In this document: in pieces, positions 55,550 to 63,631 of the stretch
Position numbering within the stretch: position 1 is the first letter of the stretch
Layout: each line of letters starts with the position of its first letter
NCBI GenBank assembly: GCA_022562295.1
Contig: JADFPO010000005.1
Span: forward strand, 9,753-73,752
Direction: 5' to 3'
Origin: Gemmatimonadota bacterium
GTDB taxonomy: Bacteria; Gemmatimonadota; Gemmatimonadetes; Gemmatimonadales; GWC2-71-9
Length of the DNA stretch: 64,000 bases
Translations under genes and position numbers: made by a program
Notes under the pieces: model-generated
Told to the model about the DNA's origin: nothing
What the model saw: the letters and a program-made list of their open reading frames with translations, nothing else
Database searches by the model: none

Positions 55550-57352
55550 TCAGTTCGCGCAATAGGCCGCGCTGTACTGGCCCGCGATGCCCTCGTGTTG
55601 CCGGAGTCCGGGCATGATTTGCGCGGCGGCCTCCGGGGAAACGCTCTGGCCCAGCTCCATCCGCTGGATACCCAACGCAATGGTCTCTTGGTAGCGCGTC
55701 AGGACCGCACAAAGTTGGGCGCGAAGAGCTGTGTTGGATGCGTCCTCGCGAAACGGCGCTTCGGCTGCTTGCACCTCTGGAAAGATCTTGCTGAGCTGCA
55801 GCAGAGTGGCGAACCCAAAGAAAAAGTTCGGGGCCTGCCCCAACCGCCCGTCCACATCGAACTGCATGGCCTTCTCCAACCATGCCATTGCAATGTCGGG
55901 TCGCACCTGTCCCTGCGTGAGCTTCTGAGCTGGCTGGTAGTAGAACACCGCCAGGCTTCGTGTGGCGCTGGCATCGTCGGGTGCCATGCTCTCGATGGTG
56001 GTCAGCATGGCCTGGATCTCCATCAGGGCAGCCATATCGAGGGGTGCTACGCTGGTATCAACCTCGAAAGCCTCCACCATCAAGCCGACCTGCGCGAGCA
56101 GCGGACGCGTGTCCGTGGGATCCAGTGCTGCCCAGTTGGCGTAGGCGTCCAAGAGCGCGGCGTCGTCGCCGGCGCCGGCCAGCACGCCGGTTCGCTGCCT
56201 CCAGAAGGACAGGGATTTGGGCAGCCGGGTGACCGCCTCCTCCGTCCAGTGCAGGTGGGCGGCGGTATCAGCGGCCAGCTCCGACGCGCCGATCACCTGA
56301 ACGTAAAAGATCGAATCGCCGATTAGGTCGGGGTTCGCCTCGTACATCCTCGATAGCGTCTCGACAGCGCACGCCCAATCTTGGCCACCAAAACAGGTCG
56401 TGGCCCGAAGTTGAAGCAGCTGGAAGTCTTCCGACGAAGGAGCAAGCCCCTCGTCGATCACACTGCGGGCGCGGTCGTGGTTCCCCAGATCCACCCACAT
56501 ACGGACCACCTGCACCCGCAGCTCCCTATTCCCGGGATCGACATCCAGCTGCGAGTTGAAAGCCTCGACTGCATCGAGCGTGTCGCCGGCTTCAAGGTAG
56601 AGGCGCGCCAGCCGCTCCCAGCTGCGTGTCTGCAGGGAATCGCCCTTCACCACTTTTTGGTACGCCCAGATGAGACTGTCGCTCGGCTGCTGGGTCGCTT
56701 CGAAGACGTACGCGATACATTGGGCCGCGGACGGGTGGTTGGGGTACATCTGGAATGCGCGCTCCGCTCGGTCGCGGGCCCCGCGAAAATCGCTGCGATC
56801 CCTTCGTTGGGAGCAGTTACGGGCCTCCTGGCCCGCCCGAACCTGGTTCCGGAGGGAGTCACTGATCACTCGCGCGAAGTCGGCTGCCGTTTGTCCCGCC
56901 TCGCCTTGCGCGAACAACCAACCGGCGATGCCCGATCGGCCGATGTCGACTAACCGCATCCGCACGGTCGGAACGGAAGAGGCACGCTCGAAACTTCCGG
57001 TGGCGTAGGAATCGGCACGAAGGAACTGGGCCAGCTGACCACTCGAACTCTCGTCCGGCAAGAACCCGCAATCGAACCCGGACGCTTCGAGGGCTTCACA
57101 GTACTGTTCCGTGGTAATCACGGTGATCTGGTTGCGTACCCGCCCCGAGAGCCGGTCGCGGACCGCAGCAGCCAACTCGAGGACATACACCGAATCGGCC
57201 GCGTCCGTAGGTGCCGGCGGAAGTACGAGCAACCGCTCCAGGTTTTGGGCCCGCCGCCGCTGCGCGGAGGCAGTTTGAGGCATCGCTAGCAGCCCGAATG
57301 CCACAACCGCCGCCACGGCAAAACGCCCAATGATCAAACGAGGTTTACTCAC
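55550..57352 (-). CDS. Secreted TPR-like repeat protein, function unknown
   Basis: 600 aa. A signal peptide (…AFGLLAMPQTASAQ) is followed by helical-repeat sequence with TPR-like periodicity. Confidence 0.6.
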   Translation of the reverse strand: MSKPRLIIGRFAVAAVVAFGLLAMPQTASAQRRRAQNLERLLVLPPAPTDAADSVYVLELAAAVRDRLSGRVRNQITVITTEQYCEALEASGFDCGFLPDESSSGQLAQFLRADSYATGSFERASSVPTVRMRLVDIGRSGIAGWLFAQGEAGQTAADFARVISDSLRNQVRAGQEARNCSQRRDRSDFRGARDRAERAFQMYPNHPSAAQCIAYVFEATQQPSDSLIWAYQKVVKGDSLQTRSWERLARLYLEAGDTLDAVEAFNSQLDVDPGNRELRVQVVRMWVDLGNHDRARSVIDEGLAPSSEDFQLLQLRATTCFGGQDWACAVETLSRMYEANPDLIGDSIFYVQVIGASELAADTAAHLHWTEEAVTRLPKSLSFWRQRTGVLAGAGDDAALLDAYANWAALDPTDTRPLLAQVGLMVEAFEVDTSVAPLDMAALMEIQAMLTTIESMAPDDASATRSLAVFYYQPAQKLTQGQVRPDIAMAWLEKAMQFDVDGRLGQAPNFFFGFATLLQLSKIFPEVQAAEAPFREDASNTALRAQLCAVLTRYQETIALGIQRMELGQSVSPEAAAQIMPGLRQHEGIAGQYSAAYCAN

Positions 57353-57435
57353 CGATACTCCTCCATCTGCAATGTTTCAGCGGGCCACACCCTCAAATGG
57401 GAATCCACTCCAAAAGTCAGATTGTAATACACCGA

Positions 57436-57510
57436 TGGGCGAAGAGGGATTCGAACCCCCGACTTCCTGCTTGTAAGGCAGGCGCTCTGAACCAACTGAG
57501 CTATTCGCCC
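57436..57510 (-). tRNA. tRNA-Val (anticodon TAC)
   Basis: The minus strand reads GGGCGAATAGCTCAGTTGGTTCAGAGCGCCTGCCTTACAAGCAGGAAGTCGGGGGTTCGAATCCCTCTTCGCCCA. The acceptor stem is perfect, the anticodon loop is CTTACAA, the T-loop is TTCGAAT and the discriminator is A. Confidence 0.9.
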
Positions 57511-57517
57511 GTGGTGG

Positions 57518-57703
57518 TCAGAGCGCCAATCCCACGGGAAACAGAACGCAGTAACCCAACACGAGCAGGGCCGGTGCAATCTTCGTGGACCCTTGTGCCA
57601 GGAGCAAATACCCCACCGTCACCGACAACAGTGCGCCGCCGAGCAACAACGCGTTGATACGGCGGAACTGGAGTCGGGCCGGCGACGCTCCTTTTTCAGG
57701 CAT
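57518..57703 (-). CDS. Small two-TM membrane protein (DUF3098-like)
   Basis: 61 aa: MPEKGASPARLQFRRINALLLGGALLSVTVGYLLLAQGSTKIAPALLVLGYCVLFPVGLAL. A basic N-terminus is followed by two hydrophobic helices. The stop lies 7 nt upstream of tRNA-Val. Confidence 0.5.
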   Translation of the reverse strand: MPEKGASPARLQFRRINALLLGGALLSVTVGYLLLAQGSTKIAPALLVLGYCVLFPVGLAL

Positions 57704-57752
57704 AAGCTGGCACCATAACCGGTCTCCGGTCGTTGGTCAAGAAGGCCTCACA

Positions 57753-58580
57753 TCAGTCTCCGAGAATCGTCCAGCCGTCATCCAGCGCCTCCCGGCGGGC
57801 TCGATCGCGCCGGCGACGCCGGGCCCAGAGGGTGGCGACGACTCCGGCGACCACGCTCCAGAACACCGAGAACGAGGTGACAACGAGCAGCCAGCCGTAT
57901 CGCGTCCGGAGTTCCCGATGCCAGTGCCCCTCGAACTGATCGAGCGACATGCCGTAGGTCTGCCGGAGCGCGCGGTCAAAGTCCCTCGTCACCGCTAGGC
58001 TCCCCAAGAGGGGCGTGAGGCCCCGGTCACCGCCGAGGCGCTCCAGCAACAAGACGGCGGTCGTGGCCAGACCGTAGCTGGCCTGCGCGCTGGCGGCTCC
58101 CGCGCGGAGATGCCGGTTCAGCGCACCGAGGCTGGGGGCCCGGCCACGAACCAGAGCCCAGTTCACGCGCAGCGCCTCGAGCCGATCCCACTCCCCGGCG
58201 GCCCGGCTTGCGTAACCCTCATCGAACCACAGCGGCACCCGTCCAACCGCGGTGCGAAGTGTCAGATGCGCCATCTCATGCCTGAGCACGCGGGTCATAT
58301 CGGGCCCGATCATCAAGACGATCGTATTGGTACCGGGAAACGCGACGCCCGAGCCCCACCCAGGCACTCGGCCGGCCGTCACCGAGTCGAATCTACGCTG
58401 ATCGGGGGTCACCACCAGACGTACGGGAAACCGTGGGGGATCGGGGATTCCGGGCCACCGGCCGCCGGCGTCGGCCTGTTCGGCCAGCACCGCCGCGGGA
58501 ATCTCCGATCCCGGCCAATACACCGCCGCGACACGTCCGACACGAATGAGCTCTGGGCCCTGGAGTGCCAGGATCACCAA
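57753..58580 (-). CDS. MA-clan zinc metallopeptidase (HExxH...E) with C-terminal membrane anchor
   Basis: 275 aa. HEMAHLTLRTAVGRVPLWFDEGYA is a gluzincin HExxH motif plus a downstream Glu, Peptidase_MA_2-like. A C-terminal TM helix is followed by an RRRRRDRARR stop-transfer segment. Confidence 0.65.
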   Translation of the reverse strand: MVILALQGPELIRVGRVAAVYWPGSEIPAAVLAEQADAGGRWPGIPDPPRFPVRLVVTPDQRRFDSVTAGRVPGWGSGVAFPGTNTIVLMIGPDMTRVLRHEMAHLTLRTAVGRVPLWFDEGYASRAAGEWDRLEALRVNWALVRGRAPSLGALNRHLRAGAASAQASYGLATTAVLLLERLGGDRGLTPLLGSLAVTRDFDRALRQTYGMSLDQFEGHWHRELRTRYGWLLVVTSFSVFWSVVAGVVATLWARRRRRDRARREALDDGWTILGD

Positions 58581-58591
58581 GACGATCGAGA

Positions 58592-59452
58592 TTACTGTGG
58601 CGGCTCCTCTCCCCGTTCCACCATCTCCAAGACTTCCTTACAGCGCTTCCCCCACGCACTGAGCTTGTTGGCCTTGAACCCCTTCGCCCAGGTTTCGCGG
58701 GCGGCATCTTGATCTTCCGCATGCCATTGCGCGCGGCCCATTTCGTAGTATGCCTCGATCAAGTTAGGCCCCAATACAAGGGTCTTCTCGAAAAACGTCT
58801 GGGCATCCTCGTACATCTCACGCTCGAAGTACACCAAGCCCAGGTAGTAGTGAGCATACAGCGTCGCCTTCTTGTCGTTGTCCAGTCGAATCGCCTTGGA
58901 GAGGTGTTCGATGGCCTCACCGAAAAGCTGCTTCTTCAGGCAGATGTACCCGACGTTGATACGCGCGAGCGAATTGGCGGGTTCCTTCATCAGCACGAGT
59001 TGGAAGGTCGCGAGCGCATCGTCGTATTCGCCATCGAGCATCTGGGCCCACCCGAGCTGCGACTGAGCCTGAACGTCATCGGGAGACAGCTCCAGCGCCT
59101 TGGTAAGCGCCTGGATCGCCCCGGGGTAATCTCCGAGGGAGATGAGGCTCCAACCCTTTTCGATGAAGGTTGACGCGCCGAGATGGTCGTGGACGATGGG
59201 GACGGTCCCCGTGAATTGGGGAGCCTGGTCGCCACTATGGCTGGCCGCCATTTCCTTATAGGAATCGACGAGGACACGGATGTCCTCCCTTAGCCCGGTC
59301 AGACCCGAGATCGCGTGATCGACCCTCTTGAAAAGCCCGATGATGTCCCGCTTGACGCTGTCGCGATCGGCCCCGCTCGACACCTGCTTGAGCCGCGCGA
59401 AGATGTCGTTGTACTCTTGCCGCAAGCGGTCGGCGGTGGTCTCAGCATCCAC
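58592..59452 (-). CDS. TPR repeat protein
   Basis: 286 aa. An N-terminal coiled-coil-like part is followed by several clear TPR units (…GDYPGAIQALTKALELSPDD…, …YYLGLVYFEREMYEDAQTFFEKTLVLGPN…). Confidence 0.7.
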   Translation of the reverse strand: MDAETTADRLRQEYNDIFARLKQVSSGADRDSVKRDIIGLFKRVDHAISGLTGLREDIRVLVDSYKEMAASHSGDQAPQFTGTVPIVHDHLGASTFIEKGWSLISLGDYPGAIQALTKALELSPDDVQAQSQLGWAQMLDGEYDDALATFQLVLMKEPANSLARINVGYICLKKQLFGEAIEHLSKAIRLDNDKKATLYAHYYLGLVYFEREMYEDAQTFFEKTLVLGPNLIEAYYEMGRAQWHAEDQDAARETWAKGFKANKLSAWGKRCKEVLEMVERGEEPPQ

Positions 59453-59570
59453 GGGTAGCCTCCGCGCCTTCGATCCTACCTGGGCTCATTTGGAGAAGAT
59501 AACCCGGAACGCCGCGGGGCGTCGGACTCTTGAGAGCGGAGCCCCTCATCGTTCGGGACAAACGTCACGG

Positions 59571-61193
59571 TCACAGCAGCGCGCTCATCGTCTCGATATT
59601 TGTGCGCGCCAGTTGGTGCTTCGGATTGAGTTCGATGGTCTTGTTCCACATCTCCGAGGCCACGGGGTGGTCCATGCGCTTGTACGCGATGTTGCCGAGC
59701 TTGAAATACACGTCATCGCCAAGCTCGGAGTCGAGCTTGACCGCCTGCTGGTAGGCATCCCATGCGTCGTCGTAGCGACCGGCGCGGTACAAAATATCGC
59801 CGAGGTTCTTCGACGCCTGGGGGAGCACGAGACCATCCGCGGTGATGGCGCGCAGGATCTGCTCGGCCTGATCGGAATCGCCGAGCACCTCCAACAGGGC
59901 CGCGAGATTGTTGCGCAGGACGACACTGCGGGGATAGCACTGGATCCCCTCGCGCAATACCGATTCAGCCGTTTCGTAATCCTCTGTCACCGCGGCAATC
60001 ATCGAGCGCGCCCAATACCACACTTCGGGCGGTGCGGCGTCTGCGGCCACTTCCCGCGCCCGGTCGAGTCGCCCCTGGCTCTCCTCGAACTTCTTCAGCC
60101 GCATGGCCGTGATCCCCCACCCCGTCAGCACCCGGGGATCGCGGCGCGCCCGGCTGACTGCGTCGCCGTACACCGAATCGGCCTCCTCCAGTCTTCCCAG
60201 CTTTTCGAGACTCAACGCGAGATTCGCCAGCGCGCTTGGCGGGCCCCCACCAGGCTCGGTCGCTCGCCGAAAGGCGCGCTCGGCGTCGGCCCAATCGCCT
60301 TGTTGGGCCGCAACCAAGCCCAGGTAGAAATAGCCTCCAGCCTCCCCTTCTTTGAGTTCAACCACGCGGCGAAATTCGCGGGCGGCCTCGTCGAGCATGC
60401 CAGTCTTGTAGAAGGCCACCCCCAGGTTTCGGTGCTCTTCGACCCGCGCCTCGACGGCGGCCCCCCCCGACGGACTCTCCTGCGGACCTCGGACGCGATG
60501 CGCGAATCCCGCCGTGACGAGTCCGTACAGCGCCTTCCCGGTCTCGAATTCCGACAGACCCGATTCCTCTCGCAGCCGAAAAGCGGTCCGTTTCCCATCC
60601 ATCAGGCTCACGAGGAGGGTTTGCTGCGGCGTCAATTCGACATCCGCCTCGTCGAGGGGCTCTTGCTCGACAGCATAAACATGATCCAGCGACGGAATCC
60701 GTTTCTTGATCAGACTCCATTCGTCCACGCGCCGGGCTCCCTCGAGCAGGAGGGATTGCGGATTGATGGAGAGGGCCACATCCACGCCCTCCGGAGCGAC
60801 ATCGGCATCGAAGCGGAACGTGCCTTGCGACCACGTGAAGAGGTAATACACGGCCTCTTCGACCTGAATCCGGACGTGCTCTTCCATGTCGGCTCGGCTA
60901 ATCACTCCCAACTCGACCATGATCTCACCCAGTTTGCGGTCACGCTGCGTCTCCTGAGCCGTTACGGCACTTTCCAGCTGCTCCCGCGTGATCTTTCCAC
61001 GCTTCACCAGAACATCGCCAAACCGGTCGCGCCGGTTCACGATGGAGGCAAAGCAGATACGCCCGTTTTCGAAGTAGATGTATCCGAGATTACTCCGATC
61101 CGACAACGCTAGGCACCCAGTTTTTTGTCCGAGCGCCAACAACTGCAGCACGTCGGGGAGGGACGCCTCCTTCAAACTCCCTTTGATGGCCAT
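59571..61193 (-). CDS. PATAN (DUF4388) domain protein with C-terminal TPR repeats
   Basis: 540 aa. The N-terminus MAIKGSLKEASLPDVLQLLALGQKTGCLALSDRSNLGYIYFENGRICFA is the characteristic DUF4388/PATAN signature. The C-terminal half contains multiple TPR units. Confidence 0.75.
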   Translation of the reverse strand: MAIKGSLKEASLPDVLQLLALGQKTGCLALSDRSNLGYIYFENGRICFASIVNRRDRFGDVLVKRGKITREQLESAVTAQETQRDRKLGEIMVELGVISRADMEEHVRIQVEEAVYYLFTWSQGTFRFDADVAPEGVDVALSINPQSLLLEGARRVDEWSLIKKRIPSLDHVYAVEQEPLDEADVELTPQQTLLVSLMDGKRTAFRLREESGLSEFETGKALYGLVTAGFAHRVRGPQESPSGGAAVEARVEEHRNLGVAFYKTGMLDEAAREFRRVVELKEGEAGGYFYLGLVAAQQGDWADAERAFRRATEPGGGPPSALANLALSLEKLGRLEEADSVYGDAVSRARRDPRVLTGWGITAMRLKKFEESQGRLDRAREVAADAAPPEVWYWARSMIAAVTEDYETAESVLREGIQCYPRSVVLRNNLAALLEVLGDSDQAEQILRAITADGLVLPQASKNLGDILYRAGRYDDAWDAYQQAVKLDSELGDDVYFKLGNIAYKRMDHPVASEMWNKTIELNPKHQLARTNIETMSALL

Positions 61194-62005
61194 TAGGTGA
61201 GCTCATCCATGATCCGCTCCATTGGATCCGGCCATTCCCACACGAACTTCTCCCGACTCTGGATGCCTCTCGGGGGAACGAACACACCGCTCGTGCGCAT
61301 TTTGAGGGACGGCCGGGTGTGCCGCGGTCCCTCCGGCTCCAACAGCTCGCGAGCGACCTGTACCGTCATGGCGGCCCCCATCGCCTCGGCGCCCCCAGTC
61401 ACCCGCTGCACCATGCTGAGGAGCGAGCGCACCGAGTCCGTGTCGCGGTCCACGAGGTAGTCGATCAATGCCGCGTCTGCGGTCTCGCCTTCCCGCGCCA
61501 GCCTGGACGTCAGGATCGTACGGCGCAGCTCGGCATCCGGTGGCGAGATCGTGGCAACCAATCCACTCACCAATCGCGACGCCAGCCGATCGTCGAGGCC
61601 TTCGATGTCTTGCGGCTGCACGTTGCAAGTAAACACCATCTGGCGATGGGCGTCCGCGAACAAGTTGAACAGCTGAAACAGCTCTTCTTGACTCTCCTTC
61701 CGCGCCGCGATCTTCTGCACATCGTCCAATAAGAACGCCGATGCGTACCGGTACCGAGCCCGCCATCCCGGCACAGCGCGGTGTTCGATAGCGGCGACGA
61801 GCTCATCGACGAAGGTTTCGGCGGAGAGACAGGCCACCGTTCGCCCGCTCCGATCGCACAAAGCCCGGCCGATTGCGTGAAGCAGGTGGGTCTTACCCAC
61901 CCCCGACGGCCCTACGATCATCAGCGGGTTGTAACGCGCGCCGGGTTGTTCGACGACCGTTCGACCCGCCTCCCGAAACCTGGGACGACAATGCGGTGCG
62001 GTCAT
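61193..62005 (-). CDS. DnaA-like AAA+ ATPase (DnaA domain III only; Hda-like)
   Basis: 270 aa. Motifs: YNPLMIVGPSGVGKTHLLHAIG (Walker A), FLLDDVQKIAARKESQEELFQLFNLF (Walker B), MVFTCN (sensor I), RLASRLVSGLVATISPPDAELRRTIL (box VII) and SVRSLLSMVQRV (sensor II). There is no DnaA domain I/II or DNA-binding domain IV. An in-frame stop lies 24 codons upstream of the ATG. Confidence 0.75.
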   Translation of the reverse strand: MTAPHCRPRFREAGRTVVEQPGARYNPLMIVGPSGVGKTHLLHAIGRALCDRSGRTVACLSAETFVDELVAAIEHRAVPGWRARYRYASAFLLDDVQKIAARKESQEELFQLFNLFADAHRQMVFTCNVQPQDIEGLDDRLASRLVSGLVATISPPDAELRRTILTSRLAREGETADAALIDYLVDRDTDSVRSLLSMVQRVTGGAEAMGAAMTVQVARELLEPEGPRHTRPSLKMRTSGVFVPPRGIQSREKFVWEWPDPMERIMDELT

Positions 62006-63631
62006 ACATCGATGCTGGAGAGTCGGGTGAAAAGTGCAACCGCGATGGCTACAAGATTCGGGGCCGAGATCCGTGGTTCAGAGTGCCACTACACAGAACA
62101 GCTGATGCATTTATCAGTGGCATGAGTGAGCTTGGCCAGTGGCTCGCGATCCGTCGCAAGCGCGTGGGGCGGTGCGTTTAGTGCGGTCGGGACAACGCAG
62201 GCATGTACCGGTGCATCGAGTGCAGACGGAGGCGCATGAGACGTGCGATGGGGTAGGAATTGTGGATCAGTGTTTTGGTTACGCGGTCGAGGGTTGTTCC
62301 GTGTCCCAAAATGAAACGTCGGTGGCATCATGGACATCATGCGACATCGTGAGCCACGAGTTACCACAGCAACTCGAACAAGAACCCAGGCTTACCCGTG
62401 CTCGTCCCCATGGTACCGAAATTGCTGATCCCGGTCGGGAATGCAATCGGCTACCTACCGTCGACGAGAACCTGAGAAAACAGTGTTGTATCAGGTCGTC
62501 CAGGAGAACTTGGCGACGTTCCTCGCGCAGGCCGACGCCGATGGTCGCCGTGTGCCGGGGTTTGTGCGCCGTGGCCTGGAGAAATTTCTAGATTGCGGGA
62601 TCCTTGGAAGGGGTTTCGTGCGCATTGTCTGCGACGACTGCAAAGATCAACATCTCGTAGCGATGTCCTGTAAAGTAAGGGGGCTGTGTCCATCGTGCGG
62701 CGGAAGGCGCATGAGTGAAAGCGCGGCACATCTGGTCGACAACGTTTTGCCTCGCGTGCCCGTGAGGCAATGGGTCTTATCGCTGCCAATACGACTCCGA
62801 TACATCCTGGCGTACAATGCGGATCTCTGCGCGCAGGTCCTCAACCTCTTCCTGCGTGAGGTTTATCGCTGGTATCGATGGACGGCCAAGATCGAGCTGG
62901 GCCTTGATAGCGTACGCGAAGCAAGATGCGGATCCGTGACGTTTATTCAGCGCGCTGATTCCGGTCTTCGATTGAATTTGCACTTCCACACACTGGCGAT
63001 GGATGGGGTCTACGTCTCCATGCAAGACGATTGGCGAAAGCCACCGACCTTCTTTGCCCTCAGCAACCCGACCGACGAAGCGATCGCTCATGTCGCCATT
63101 GCCGTCCGTCGCAAAGTGCTGCACCTGCTCGAACAAGCAGGCCACGATCTCGGTGACCCCGACGCATTCGACGACTTCGCGGAACGCGAGCCGCTATTGG
63201 CGGCTTGTTCCGCGGCGTCCGTCACGAGCATGGTCACTACGGGCAGGAGGGCAGGCCAAGCCATCGAGCGCCTCCGAGAGCCGTCCGTAGCGATGACGCC
63301 GCACCTTGCAAGCACCCGATGTGTCAACGTCGACGGCTTCAGCTTGCACGCCAACGTTCGGGTGCGGTCCGCGGACAGGAAAGCACTGGAAAAGCTCTGC
63401 CGGTATGCGGCTCGACCGCCAATCGCCAACGACCGTCTTCAGCGGATGCCCGACGGCAAGATTGCATATCATCTCAAGAGAATCTGGTCAGACGGCAGCT
63501 CGGCGATTCTGTTCGAGCCCCTGGATCTGGTGGCAAAGCTACTACCCATCATCCCGCCGCCCATGGTCAACCAGACTCGCTATCACGGTGTCCTCGCACC
63601 GGCCGATCGGGTGACATTGTGCCTCCTGTAG
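62006..63631 (+). mobile_element. IS91-family insertion sequence remnant (ends not identified)
   Basis: This is a lower-GC patch that begins after the last core gene and contains the IS91-type transposase. I could not identify terminal sequences. The right side is interrupted at 63631/63632. Confidence 0.4.
62441..63631 (+). CDS. IS91-family (Y2 HUH rolling-circle) transposase, probably 3'-truncated
   Basis: 396 aa. It has an N-terminal zinc-binding region (CDDCK...CPSCGGRRM), the HUH motif (LNLHFHTLAMDGVY) and a conserved ...CRYAARPPIANDRL... and ...TRYHGVLAP region. It ends abruptly 8 codons after the RYHGVLAP motif, whereas family members I recall continue for tens of residues. Confidence 0.8.
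   Translation: MQSATYRRREPEKTVLYQVVQENLATFLAQADADGRRVPGFVRRGLEKFLDCGILGRGFVRIVCDDCKDQHLVAMSCKVRGLCPSCGGRRMSESAAHLVDNVLPRVPVRQWVLSLPIRLRYILAYNADLCAQVLNLFLREVYRWYRWTAKIELGLDSVREARCGSVTFIQRADSGLRLNLHFHTLAMDGVYVSMQDDWRKPPTFFALSNPTDEAIAHVAIAVRRKVLHLLEQAGHDLGDPDAFDDFAEREPLLAACSAASVTSMVTTGRRAGQAIERLREPSVAMTPHLASTRCVNVDGFSLHANVRVRSADRKALEKLCRYAARPPIANDRLQRMPDGKIAYHLKRIWSDGSSAILFEPLDLVAKLLPIIPPPMVNQTRYHGVLAPADRVTLCLL

Noticed and set aside
59328-61112. 594-aa plus-strand ORF, the longest plus-strand ORF in the track
   Set aside because: It is exactly antisense to the PATAN-TPR gene, whose product has clear domain signatures. The plus-strand translation is Arg/Gly/Leu/His-rich with no recognisable motif. 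This is the usual shadow-ORF artefact of high-GC DNA.
62089-62591. Small ORFs (92 aa minus strand, 150 aa plus strand) in the 435-nt stretch before the IS91 transposase
   Set aside because: I recognise no motifs, they overlap each other, and they overlap the transposase start. They are more likely non-coding IS-flanking sequence.
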